Part shown: piece after piece, positions 27,052 through 39,143 of the stretch
Position numbering within the stretch: the stretch's first letter is position 1
Layout: the number at the start of each line of letters is the position of its first letter
Source: Sphyrna mokarran
Taxonomy: Eukaryota
Direction of reading: 5' to 3'
Assembly: GCA_024679065.1 (NCBI GenBank)
Contig: JAGIQG010000003.1
Location: 25,916,001-25,980,000 of the forward strand
DNA length: 64,000 nucleotides
Program-made: the position numbers and the translations under genes
Notes under the pieces: model-generated
What the model saw: only the letters and a program-made list of their open reading frames with translations
What the model was told of the DNA's origin: nothing
Databases searched by the model: none

Positions 27052-27838
27052 CTGTAGAAAGATGTCAATTTGTGGTGTTTATCAGTGCTATATCGGACCT
27101 CAGGGAATCTTGCAACTACCGTTTTGTTGTTCGTTCTAGGCTGAGGGAAGGGTTAAAAGCTTCAGCTTAGGAACTGTGACCATCAAATTCGAGTGATGAT
27201 GGTGAAGAAACAAGTGGCACAGAGATCATGAGCTGTTTATCCACCTGTATTCTTAGAAAAGGGCTAGTGTTTCATTAATCACATTCTTTGAGGTCAATTC
27301 ATATTGCTCAGTGCGCACTGAAATTTGACATTTCTAATGAGCAATGGAACTCGAACTCCCGTTACTGCAAGCTGTGATAAAGAGGTCTGAGGTCTCAAAC
27401 AGATTACTATGACTAACATATTGACCCTCTTGGCATGAACATTCTGCTCCTTCTCTAATTGAGAAACCACATTTCATCCCCATTGATGCTTAAAACTCAT
27501 CAACCCAAACAAATGTTGTGTCCAGAACTGAAAAACACTTCCATCTCCAGAACTGCAAAGCACTTGATCTAAAACCTGATCTGTTGATCCAAAATTGTGA
27601 GTCATAATTGCAGTTTCCAAGCAGTCTATGAAATTAGTACAATGGAACCTGTGGACTGCAAGCCAAGTAAAATTATTTCATGCAGTTTGTTTTCATTCAC
27701 CTCTTACTATTTAAATGTGAAGCCATTGTGAGCTTGTTTACAGACATCTAAAATATGGTGGAAATTGAGAGGATTCAGAAATAGTGTAAATCACAAATCA
27801 ACAGTTTCAGGGAATCTGAACGTTTGATGATTTCCTAC

Positions 27839-27964
27839 CATCACAAAGAGAAGTGTTTGCCACGTTGATGTTAAATCCAGGCTGGCAACTGCAACTGAAG
27901 CTTCCAATTGTATTGGTGCAGATTTGTTGACAGGTTGAAGAGTTGGTTGCACATTCATCGATAT
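27839..27964 (-). CDS. cbEGF exon 28 (copy of exon 13)
   Basis: 126 nt, canonical AG/GT. Confidence 0.85.
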
Positions 27965-28735
27965 CTGTAGGAAAAAGTCAATTCATGAGTATATCTGTGT
28001 CATTTCAGACCTCGTGGGAACTTACCACTATAAATTCGTTCTTTGTTTCAAGCTAAGACAAGGGTTACAAACTCCAGCTGATGAGCCTGGGCAAGTAGCC
28101 GAACCATCAAGTTGCAGTGATAGTGGTGAAGGAACAAGTACCTCAAGGGATTAGGGCCATTCAGCCAACTCAATTGTATGAAAGGGACTTGTGTTTCAGT
28201 AACTGAATGTTTTTTGGCCAGCTCACATTGTTCAATACTCACTGAAATACAAACTGGACATTTCAAACAAGCAACAGGAGAGGAAAGAGCGATACTGCAA
28301 ACTGTGTGGGAATGAGCAGTGTTCTCAAACTGATCATTGTGATTAACATATTGCTTCTCTTGGTGTGAACATTCTGCTCCTTCCCTGATCACGATATTAC
28401 AATTCGACTGCCATTGACGTTAAACAATAAGCAACACAGAAAATTGGCAATTCCAGAAGTGCAAAGTGCATTTCAATGATCCAAAATTCTAAATCATAAT
28501 TGCAATGTTCTAACTAAGTATGCCTTTTCTGCAATGGAAATCACAATTTTCAAGCAAAATGTGATTATGTCTTGCTGGCAGATTATTGTCATTCACCTCT
28601 TATTGTTTAACTATGAAGCAACAGGGAGTGTTTGTTTGTCGCAGTCAAGAACATGCAGGACTTTGAGAAGGTTTAGACGCAGTGTAATTTGAGCATCACC
28701 CTTTCTGCGAATCTGAATGTTTGAAGACTTCCTAC

Positions 28736-28853
28736 CATCACAAAGAGAAACAACTATCACAATAGTGCTAAATACAGGCTGGCAACAGCAATTGAAGCTT
28801 CCAATTGTATTGGTACAGATTTGTTGAAGTTTTGGTTGCACATTCATTGATAT
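28736..28853 (-). pseudogene. cbEGF exon 29, 8-nt deletion frameshift
   Basis: 118 nt; reads [28 protein letters not shown]; AG/GT retained. Confidence 0.85.
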
Positions 28854-29618
28854 CTGCAGAATAAAGTCCATCCAAGAATGCATCAGTGTCTTTCAGACGT
28901 CAGGCTATTAGCCAACAAGCCATTTTCTTATCCTTGCCAGTCCCAGATAAGGTTCACAAACTCCAGCCTATCACATTTGACTATTGAAATAACCGACAAC
29001 TGCCAGTGGTGATGGTGAAGGAATTATTGGCTCAAGGGACATGGATTGTTTATCCATCTATAGTCTAGGAGATGTACTTGCAGTTCATTAATCATATTTT
29101 TTGAAGCCAATTCATATTGCTCAGTGTGCACTGAAATTGATATTTGATTTTTTTAATGAGTAACGGAAAAAGAAAGCACATTACTGCAAGCTGTGATAAA
29201 TAGGTCTGAAGTCTCAGACGAATTATTGTGACTAACATATTGACTCTCTTGACGTGAATATTCTGCTGCTTGAATTATTGGGATTCAACTTTCCTTCTCC
29301 ATTGATGCTTACAATAACCAAACCAAAAAAATGCTATGTTCAGAAGTGCAAGGCAAGGCATTTGATCCACAAGTTGATTCATTGGTCCAAAATTCTGAAC
29401 AATATTTGCAATTTCCTAGCAGTCTATAAAATTCATACAATGGAATCCATATAATTCTTTCAGACAGACAGATTATTTTCATTCGCCTCTTTATTTTTAA
29501 TTATGAAGCCAGCTTATTTATGACCATCTAGAATATGATAGAAATTGAGGGAGTTAAGACTAAGCATAATTTGCAAATCAATAGTTTCCAAGAATTTGTG
29601 TTTTTGAAGGTTTCCTAC

Positions 29619-29744
29619 CATCACAAAGAGAACTGTTTGTCACATTGATGCTGAACCCAGGCTGGCAACTACAACTGAAACTTCCAATTGTATTGGTGCA
29701 GATTTGTTGACAGGTTGAAGTGTTGGTGGCACATTCATCAATAT
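29619..29744 (-). CDS. cbEGF exon 30 (copy of exon 15)
   Basis: 126 nt, canonical AG/GT. Confidence 0.85.
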
Positions 29745-30432
29745 CTGCAGGAAAAAATCAATTTGTGAATATTTCTGTGTTATTTCGGATCTCAGGAAAT
29801 CTTGAAACTACCATTATCTTATTTGTTCCAGGCCTAAGGAATGGTAACATGCTATGGCTTACAAAACATGGCCAGTGGCTGAACGATCAAATTCCAGTGC
29901 TGATGGTAAAGGAACCAGTGTCCCTAAGAACAAAAGCTATTTGTCTACCTCAGTTGTATGAAAGGGACTGTGTTTCATTGACTGAATGTCTTCTGCTCAG
30001 CTCACGTTGTTCAATGCTCACTGAAATTCAGACAGGGATTTCTAACAAGCACTGGGAGAAGGAAAAGTGACACTGCAAATTGTGCAGAAAAGAGCAAACA
30101 CCTCAAACAGATCACTGTGATTGATATATTGGGGGCAAGTCCAGAAGTGAAAATTACGTGCCATTAATCCAAAATTCCCAAATCACTACTACAATGTTCT
30201 AACTGAGTATCAATTTTCTACAATGGAAACCTTAATCAGCAATCAAAATGTAATTACTTTTTACAGGCAGATTATTTTCTTTAACCTCTTACTGTTTAAC
30301 TGCAAAGCAGCAGTAAGTGTTTGTCCCTTGCAGTCTAGAATATGCAGGATATGCAGGACTTCGAGAGTTTAGACTTTGTGTGATTTGCGAATCAACTATT
30401 TCTGAGAATCTGAATGTTCTAAGATTTCCTAC

Positions 30433-30565
30433 CATCACAAAGAGAAGTATTTGTCACATTGGTGCTAAACCCAGTTTAGCAATTGGCAATTGCAATTGAA
30501 GCTTCCAATTGTATTGTTGCAGATTTGTTGACAGGTTGAAGAGTTGTTTGCACATTCATGAATAT
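30433..30565 (-). pseudogene. cbEGF exon 31, 7-nt insertion, frameshift to stop
   Basis: 133 nt; reads [33 protein letters not shown]; AG/GT retained. Confidence 0.85.
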
Positions 30566-30792
30566 CTGCATAAAGAAGTCCATGCATGAATGCATGAATG
30601 TAACTTCAGGCCTCTGACAATCTGCAGTTATCATTATCTTAATGATGCCAGTCCCAGATAAGTTTCCCAAATTCAATTCAATGAACTGTAGCCAGTGAAA
30701 TAACCAGCAAATGCCGGTGGTGATGGTGAAGGGATTATTAACTCAAGGGACAAGGTCTGAGATCTCAGCTGGACTGCTATGGCTAACATATT

Positions 30793-31757
30793 GGGCCCTA
30801 TTTTAACATTTTGATTCTAAGTGCTGGGCAACTTGAAATTGGGAGTGTTTCAGATCTGACTTTTAGACCCGTTTCCAGAAGCCCTGTACTCTGCCTGCAA
30901 AAATATCAGTGATGCTGAATTGCACTGCAGAAGCTTAACGTGCCCGAGATGCTGCTGCTCCGATCGGTGCCTCCAACTGCGCATATGCAGAAAAAAAATG
31001 ACAGATTGATGATTCCCTGCCACATCTCTTTAGATAATGTCTCCCCCTGTCCCTCACAGACATTGCCCCGCCACCATAACATTACTGACCTCCTTATCCT
31101 CCCCATAACCCCAACATCCAGAGTGATCATGGGCCCCTTGCCCCACCCCCACACCAGTCTCAGGTAAAGTGGCAGTGGACCTCCTTCCCCCGACTGATCA
31201 CAGGCAGAATGGCAGCAGACCCCCTTTCACCTCCCACTGGTCATTGGCAGAGTGGCAGTGAACTCTCTTTCACCTTCACTGATCACAGGCAGAGTGGCAG
31301 CAGACCCCTCTTCTCCCTCCCCACCGATCTCAAACAGAGAGCTATCGGACCCACCTTCCCCCAGGCCCCCCCACCCAAACAATCTCACACAGAGAGCCAT
31401 CGAATGATTACCTCCTCATTAACCCTCACTGATCGACCGCCCAAATCAAATATATATGGAGCATGTCTGGTTCACGCCAATTCCGGATGGATGAACGCAG
31501 TGGTAAAGGAGGAAGGGGTGGTAAAGTTGGGTGTGTAGCCTATTAAATCAATTTAATATGATTCTATGAAATTTATGCAAATATGTTTAAATGGCCGTCA
31601 TGCCCGTTTCAGATGTAGTCTCTATCATGGCCATTTTTGGGCCTTGTTAAAGGGGGAATCAGCACGGAGGCATGCAAATTGCACTATCGCCTCACACCCG
31701 ACATTACCAAGTTTTTGTACTCAAAAATGGGTGCAACGAAATGGTAAAATTAGGCCC
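30793..31757. mobile_element. Complete PIF/Harbinger-like MITE (family 2)
   Basis: Imperfect ~19-bp terminal inverted repeats gggccctattttaacattt ... aaatggtaaaattaggccc, with 3-bp target duplication ATT on both sides. Confidence 0.8.
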
Positions 31758-32157
31758 ATTGATTCTCTTGGCATGTACATTTTGTCACTTCCCTGATTGG
31801 GAACCACATTCCCTCCCCATTAATGCTTAATACTCAGCAACACAAAATAATTCCATGTCCAGAACTAAAAAGCACCTCTTGTGTCCAAAAGTGCAAAGAA
31901 CTTGACTAAAACATGATACATTGACCCAAATTCTGAATTATAATTGCAATTTCCAAGCAGTCTGTGAAATTAGTACAATGGAACCTGTGGACGGCAAGCC
32001 AAGTATAATTTCATGCTGGCAGATTGTTTTCTTTCACCTCATTGTTTAACTGTGAAGACAGATAAGGACCTTGTTTATAGCCTCCTAGAATATGATGGAA
32101 GTTTCAGTTTACAAATGACCTGTTTCTGAGAATCCGAATGTTTGAAGATTTCCCTAC

Positions 32158-32283
32158 CATCACAAAGAGAAGTGTTTGCCACACTGGTGCTAAATCCAGA
32201 CTGACAATTGCAATTGAAGCTTCCAATTGTATTGTTGCATATTTGTTGACAGATTGAAGTATTCGTTGCACATTCGTCAATAT
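32158..32283 (-). CDS. cbEGF exon 32
   Basis: 126 nt, cag|...|gtaggg, 6 Cys; lies within ORF 32075..32305. Confidence 0.8.
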
Positions 32284-32631
32284 CTGTAGGAAAAGGTCCA
32301 TGCATGAATGTATCAGTGTCATTTCAGACCTCAGGCAATCTGCCAACTATCATTTTCTTCATGGTACCAGTCCCAAATAAGGTTCACAACCTCTAGTCAA
32401 TGAGCTGTGGCAGTGAAATAACCAGCAAATGCCAGTTGTGATAGTGAAGGAACTATTAACTCAAGAGACAAGAGTTGTTAATCCACTTGTATTCTAACAA
32501 AAGCGCCATTGTTTCATTAATTACGTATTTTGAGGCCAATTCATATTGCTCGGTACACACCGAATCTGAAATTTAACATTTCTAATGAGCAATGGAAAAA
32601 GAAAACATTACTGCAAGTTGTGATGAAAAGG

Positions 32632-32890
32632 TGTCACCCGTCTTCTGGATCCGCACATAGATTACCTCACTGATCCTTAAGAGGCTCTACTCTCTCTCTT
32701 GTTACTCTTTTGCCCCTTTTGCAAAAGAAATTCTTTGGATTCTGCTTTTCCTTGTCTCCCAAAGGAATTTCCTGTCCCTTTTTTGCCATCCTGATTTCTC
32801 TCCTAACTCTACTCCTAAGCACTCCATACTTTTCAAGGATCCACTTGATCACAGCTGCTTATACATGTCATATGCTTCCTTCTTCTTCTT
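32632..32890 (-). mobile_element. CR1/HER1-like LINE ORF2 fragment
   Basis: RREIRMAKKGQEIPLGDKEKQNPKNFF...RVTRERVEPLKDQ matches the CR1 endonuclease-RT linker. Confidence 0.8.
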
Positions 32891-33454
32891 CTTGTGTTTC
32901 ATTGATAACATTCTTTGAGGACAATTCATATTGTTCATTTCTAATGAACAATGGAACATCAAAGCCCTTTACTGCAAACTAGGATGAAGACGGCAGAGGT
33001 CTCAGACAGATCAACATGGTGAACATATTGACTCTCTTGGCATGAACGTTCTGCTGCCTTCCTGATTGGAGAACCACATTCTCTTCCCATTACACTCATT
33101 ACGCTCAACACTCAGCAACCCAAAAAATGCCATGTCCCCCAGAACTGAAAAGTAAATCCAACTCCCAATGTGAAAGGCATTTGATCCAAAACTTGATCCA
33201 TTGATCTAAAATTCTGAATCACAGTTGCAATGTTGAAGCCAAGTATGAACTTTCCACAATGAGAGCCACAAACAGCAATCAAAATGTTTCTTACAGGCAG
33301 ATTATTTTCATTAACCTCTGATTGTTTAATTGTGAAGCAACTGAACGTGCTTGTTTTCAGCAGTCTAGAATATGTTGAACACTGAAAGGGTTTAGATTGA
33401 ATGTGATTTGGAACCAACTGTTCCCGAGAATCTGAATGCTTGAAGGTTTCTTAC

Positions 33455-33580
33455 CATCACAAAGGGAAGTGTTTGTCACATTGATGCTAAACCCAGGCTG
33501 GCAACTGCATCTAAAGCTTCCAATTGTATTGGTGCAGATTTGTTGACAGGTTGAAGTGTTGGTTGCACATTCATCGACAT
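33455..33580 (-). CDS. cbEGF exon 33
   Basis: 126 nt, cag|...|gtaaga, 6 Cys. Confidence 0.85.
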
Positions 33581-34257
33581 CTGTAAAATAATGTCCAACC
33601 ATGCATGTATCAGTGTCAATTCAGACCTGAGAAAATGTTGCAACTACCATTTTCTTAATCATGCCTATCCCAAATAAGGATCATAAGCCCTAGTCAATGA
33701 ACTGTGACCACTGAAATAATCAGCAAATGCCAGCATTGATGGTGAAAGAACGATTAACTCAAGGGACATGAGCTGTTAATCCAACCTCTGTTCAAAGAAA
33801 AGAACTAGCATTTCATTTTCACATTTTTTGGGGGCAATTCATATTGATCAGTTCAAATTCACCATAATTTGATATTTCCCTGATTGGGGAATCACATTCC
33901 ATGCCCATTGATGCTCAGTACTGAGCAACCCAAAAAAATTCCATATCCAGAGCTGTAAAGGACTTCCGTGGTCATTTGGAGCACCAGATCCAAAACCTGA
34001 TCCATGGACCCAAAATTCTGAATTTCAATTCCCAAGCAGTATATTAAATAAATACAATGGAATCTGTAGACTGCAAGCCAAGTAAATTATTTCATACAGG
34101 CAGATTGTTTTCATTCACTTCTTATTGTTAAATGTGAAGTCAAATAAAGAGCTTGTTTATAGCCATCTAAAATATGATGGAAATTGAGACGGTTCAGGCT
34201 TAGTGTAATTTGCAAATCAACAGTTTCCAAGAATCTGAAGGCTTGAAGATTTCCTAC

Positions 34258-34383
34258 CATCACAAAGAGAAGTGTTTGTCACATTGGTGCTAAACCCAGG
34301 CTGGCAACTGCAACTGAAGCTTCCAATTGTATTGGTGCAGATTTGTTGGCAGGTTGAAGTGTTAGTTGCACATTCATCAATAT
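34258..34383 (-). CDS. cbEGF exon 34
   Basis: 126 nt, canonical AG/GT, 6 Cys. Confidence 0.85.
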
Positions 34384-34592
34384 CTGCAAAAAACAAATCC
34401 ATCCATGAATGTATCAGTGTCATTTCAGACTTCAGGCAATCTTCAGCTATCATTTTCTTAATAATGCCTGTTCCAGATAAGGTTCACAAGCTCTAGCCCA
34501 TTAGCTGCAGCCAGTGAAATAACCAGCAAATGCCAGTGGTGATGGTGAAGGGGCTATTAACTCAAGGGACAATGCGCTGTTTATTCACCTGT

Positions 34593-35185
34593 AAGTGCCA
34601 ACCGTCCAACGGCTCTTTGTTTGAGATCTGTGGGGGTGAGGAGGGGTGGGGGGAGGTTAGTTCACTGCCACTCTGTCTGAGATCAGTGGAGGTGGAAGGG
34701 GTCTGCTGCCACTTTGCCTAGGATCAATGGGAAGGGGTAAGAAGGTCCGCTTCCATGCTGCCTGAGAACAGTGAGGGTGATGGGGGGGCCTGCTGTCACT
34801 CTGTCTGAGATCAATGGAGATGAAAGGGTGTCCGCTGCCATTCTGCCTGAAATGAGTGGGGTCAGAGTCATCTGTTGCTATTCTGCCTGAGATCAGTGAG
34901 GGGCAAGGGGAGGAAGGGGCCATGATCGGTCTGGGTGGCATGGGGGTTGAGGAGCTAAGGGGGTCAGTAGTATTGTGGGGTGGAACAATATCCATTAGGG
35001 CCAGGAGGAGACATTATCTGACCCGGGTGTGTGCCAGGGAACCAGCATTCTATCATTTTGTTTCTGCAATTGGAGGCACCAAGTGCGTATGGTGGCACCT
35101 CAAAATGGGTCTGAAAGTCAGATCTGAAACACTCCCAGTTTCATGTCCATCTGGTACTTAGAATCAAAACGATAAAATCGGGCCC
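34593..35185. mobile_element. Harbinger-like MITE (family 2), opposite orientation to 30793-31757, one end deleted
   Basis: Ends cttagaatcaaaacgataaaatcgggccc|att, the reverse complement of the left end of the 30793 element. Confidence 0.75.
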
Positions 35186-35507
35186 ATTGTCTCTCTTGGC
35201 ACAAACCTTCTGCCACTTCTCTGATTGGGGAACCACATTTCCTCCCCATTAATGTTCAACACGCAGCAACCAAAAAAAATCTAGTCCAGAACTGAAGAGC
35301 ACCTCCATGTCCCAAAGTGCAAAGCACTTAATCCAAAATATGATCCATTGACCCATAATTCTGAATCGTAATTGAAATGTTCTAGCTGAGTATGAATTTT
35401 CCACAGTAGAATTTTCCATAATCTGCAATCAAAATGCAATTATTTCATACAGGCAGATTGTTTTCATTAGCCTCTTTCATTTACTTGTGAAGCTTTGGAA
35501 AGTGCTT

Positions 35508-37193
35508 GGTACTGATTTCGCCATTGCTACGCGAAAATGTGGTAAAGTCACATGTGAGGCCATTAACATGACCCGTGCTCGCGTCTGCGCAGATGCCCAC
35601 TTTACCAAAGCCCAAAAATGACCGTGATCTGATTCACACCCAAAATGAGTGCAATAGTGATTTAAATGTATTTGCATGCATTTAAATTGAATTAATGAAT
35701 TCCCCACCCAATTTTATAAGCATTTCCCCCTTTATCATTGCATTCAGATTCGGCACAAAACAGACCTGCTCTGTTTCAGCCGCTCTGGCTTCTGAAGAGA
35801 TAGGTTCAGCGCGCCCAATGGCTCTCTATCTCAGATCAGTGATGTGGGGGGAAGGAGGAGGGAGATGGGTCAGATCATTCTCTGGTCGGGGGAGGGCAGG
35901 AGAAAGGTCAGGTGTATCTCTAGTGAATTTGGGGAGAGAAGAGGAAGACCTGATTGTTGTCTGATGGGGATGGGAAGACAAAGGGAAGGCCAGATTGTTG
36001 TCTGGTGGAGGGGTGAGGGAAAAGGAGCCAGGTCAGATGTATCTCTGGTGCGGAGGAGGGGAGAGAGGATAGAGGCCAGATTGTTGTCTGGTGGCGGGGG
36101 AGAGAGGGAAAGGCCAGATCATTGTCTGGTGAGGGAGAGAGGCCTGAACATTCTCTGGGGACTGGGAGAGAAAGGCCTGAACTTTCAGGGGGGATGGGTG
36201 GGGCTGAGGGAGGAAGGCCTGATCTTTCGAGGAGGAATGGGTGGGACTGGGGGAGGAAGGCCTGATCTTTCAGGAGGGGAAGGGGGGTGTGGGAGGCCCA
36301 TCATTCTCTGGTGTTGCTGGGTGGGGGTGGGGGGGAGTGGAGTTAATTTTCTCCCTTCACATTTCTAATTCTGACCGTTCCTGTTATCAATATTACTTAG
36401 ATTATATTTCACTTGGCATGAATGTTGTTTTTTTTTCCCTACACCAGCAAGTTCAGAAGAAGTAGAAATTATCTTATTACCATTTCCCAAATTATCTTCT
36501 AAATTTGGAAATGCAGGTCTTAGAATTTACTGCAAGTTGGCTTTTGCTAAACACAATTGTAAACCTTGTTGAATCAAGCAACGGTTACTTGTACACACAC
36601 CTAAATGTTTCATTACACACAACTTCAGTAAAGGAGTGGACATGTACCTCAGTGGATTTTGCAAATGCAGACAGAAGGAATTTCACAGCTATAACAGTGC
36701 ACATGCACTTAATTAGTGAAACTGTCAAAATATTCAGCTGTGAGTATATGAAATATACTATGAAGGATACAGATGGAACTCTGGTGGGCGGGAGGGTGGT
36801 GGCAGGGGCAGATCGCTGCCACTTTGGGCGATCAATGTGGGGGAAAGGTTGCAGAAGGTCGCAATCAGTCTGGGTAGCGAGGGTGGGGGGTCAGTGGATA
36901 ATGGGGAAAGCTATGTTATAGGGGTGGAGGTGATGTCTGTGTGGACCATCTCTCTCAGGTTGCTTTATCTGCTCTTTGCAGTCAAGAGTGATGTGACAGC
37001 AGCGTGAATTTTAATTTCTTTTCGAACTGAGCACGCACAGTTCAAAGCTCCGATTGTTTCCAGTGCACTAAGCCCCACCTACAGCCCCACAATTTTTTTT
37101 CAGGCTCAGTATGTATGGGAGCACCTGAAGGCAAGTCGGATCTGAATTGTACCCAGATTCAGCACTTAGAATGAAAATGGTAAAATCAGACCC
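35508..37193. mobile_element. Harbinger-like MITE (family 2) carrying a ~440-bp foreign AT-rich insert
   Basis: Both ends are homologous (reverse complement) to the ends of 30793-31757; the right end is aaatggtaaaatcagaccc; the host intron resumes after it. Confidence 0.75.
36448..36739 (+). pseudogene. Foreign exon-like fragment inside the MITE (292 nt, one frameshift; possibly Ig-superfamily-like)
   Basis: Preceded by tttttttttccctacaccag| and followed by |gtgagt; phase 1-1 if a single +1 frameshift is allowed. Confidence 0.5.
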
Positions 37194-37298
37194 TTCTTTT
37201 CAGTGGCCTACGTTATGTTGGACATGGAGAGGGCTTAGATGAAGTATAATTTGTGAATCAACAATTTTCAAGAATCTGAATGTTTGAAGATTTCCTAC

Positions 37299-37424
37299 CA
37301 TCACAAAGAAAAGTGTTTGTCACATTGGTGCTATACCTAGGTTGGCAAGTGCAATTGAAGCCTCCAATTATATTGGTGTAGATTTGTTCACAGGTTAAAG
37401 AGTTGGTTGCACATTCATCGATAT
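37299..37424 (-). pseudogene. cbEGF exon 35, acceptor dead, third Cys replaced by Tyr
   Basis: Acceptor CAG>CAA; reads [42 protein letters not shown]. Confidence 0.85.
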
Positions 37425-38097
37425 TTGTAGAAACATGTCCAACCGTAAATGTATCAGTTCAATTCAGACCTGAGAAAATGTTGCAATACCATTTTCTTAA
37501 TGGTGCCTGTCCCAGATAAGGATCATAAGCCCTAGCCAATGAACTGTGACCATTGAAATAACCAGTGAATGCCAGTGAAAGAACTATTAACTCAAGGGGC
37601 ATGAGTTGTTAATCCAACTTGTGTTCAAAGAAAAGAACTAACATTTCACTTTCACATTTTTTGAGGGCAATTCATATTGTTCAGTGCGCACCAAAATTTG
37701 ATATTTCTCTGACTGCGGAACCAGATTCCCTCCCCATTGATGCTCAACACTCAGCAATCCAAAAGAATTCTATTTCCAGAACGGCAAAGCACTTCTGTGT
37801 CCAAAAGTGCAAAGCACTTGATCCAAAACCTGATCTATTGGCCCAAACTTCTGAATTGCAGTTGCAATTTCCAAGCAATCTGTGAAATCAGTACAATGGA
37901 ATCTCTAGACTGCAAGCCAAGTAAATTATTTCATACAGGCAGGTTGTTTTCATTCATCTTTTATTGTTTAATTGTGAAGCCAGGTAAAGAGCTTGTTTAC
38001 AGCCATCTAAAATATGATGGAAATTGAGAGGGTTCAAAATTAGCGTAAATTGCAAATCAATGGTTTCCAAGAATCTGAATGTTCAAAGATTTCTTAC

Positions 38098-38223
38098 CAT
38101 CACAAAGAGAAGTATTTGTCACATTAGTGCTAAATCGAGACTGGCAACTGCAATTGAAGTTTCCAATTGTATTGGTGCAGATTTATTGACAGGTTGAAGT
38201 GTTGGTTGCACACTCATTGATAG
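38098..38223 (-). pseudogene. cbEGF exon 36, acceptor dead and in-frame stop
   Basis: Acceptor CAG>CAA; TGT CAA TAA ATC. Confidence 0.88.
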
Positions 38224-39017
38224 TTGTAGAAAGAAGCCAATTTGTGAGTGTATCTGTGCCATTTTGGACCTCAGGGAATGACCATTTTGTTATTAGTTCC
38301 AGACTGAGGGAAAGGGGAAAAGCTCTAGCTTAGGAGCCGTGGCCAGTGGCTGATCCATCAAATTTGAGTGATGAAGTGAAAGAACAAATAGCACAAGGGA
38401 CATGGGCTGTTTATCACTTATATTCTTAGGAAAGGGCTAGAGGTTCATTAATCACATTCTTTGAGGTCAATTCACATTGGTCAGTGCACACTGAAATTTG
38501 ACATTTCCAATGAGCAATGGAACTGGAATGCCCGTTACTGCAAGCTGTGATAAAGAGGTCTGAGGTCTCAGACAGATCATTATGACTAATATATTGACCC
38601 CCTTGGCATGAACATTCTGCTATTTCTCTGATTGGGGAACCACATTCCATCCCCATTGATGCTTAACACTCAGCAACCCAAAAAAATTTCATGTCCAGAA
38701 CTAAAAAACACTTCTATCTCCAGAACTGCAAAGCACTTGATCCAAAACCTGATCCGTTGATCCAAAATTCTGAATCATCATTGCAGTTTCCAAGCAGTCT
38801 ATGAAATTAGTACAATGGAATCTGTAAACTGCAAGCCAAGTAAAATTATTTCATGCAGCCAGATTGTTTTCATTCACCTGTTATTGTTTAATTGTGAAGC
38901 CAGGTAAAGAGCTTGTTTACAGCCATCTAAAATATGATGGAAATTGAGACAGTTCAGAATTAGTGTAAATTGCAAATCAACAGTTTCCAAGAATCTGATT
39001 GTTTGACGATTTCCTAC

Positions 39018-39143
39018 CATCACAAAGAGAAGTGTTTGTCGCATTGATGCTAAACCCAGGCTGGCAACTGCAACTGAAGTTTCCAACAGTATTGGTGCAG
39101 ACTTGTTGACAGGTTGAAGTGTTGGTTGCACATTCATCAATAT
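39018..39143 (-). CDS. cbEGF exon 37 ([42 protein letters not shown])
   Basis: 126 nt, canonical AG/GT, 6 Cys. Confidence 0.85.

Larger units (their letters stand above)
10692..30475. repeat. Higher-order repeat, period 4,932 bp, ~4 copies, 5 EGF exons per copy
   Basis: Near-identical ORFs recur at +4932 (13248/18180/23112; 13813/18745/23677; 14922/19854/24786); the fourth copy is at about +4934. Confidence 0.97.

Noticed and set aside
13938-30565. Frameshifted exons compensating each other when co-included
   Set aside because: Each of the 118-nt and 133-nt exons hits a stop internally when entered in the normal phase, so the frame cannot be restored downstream.
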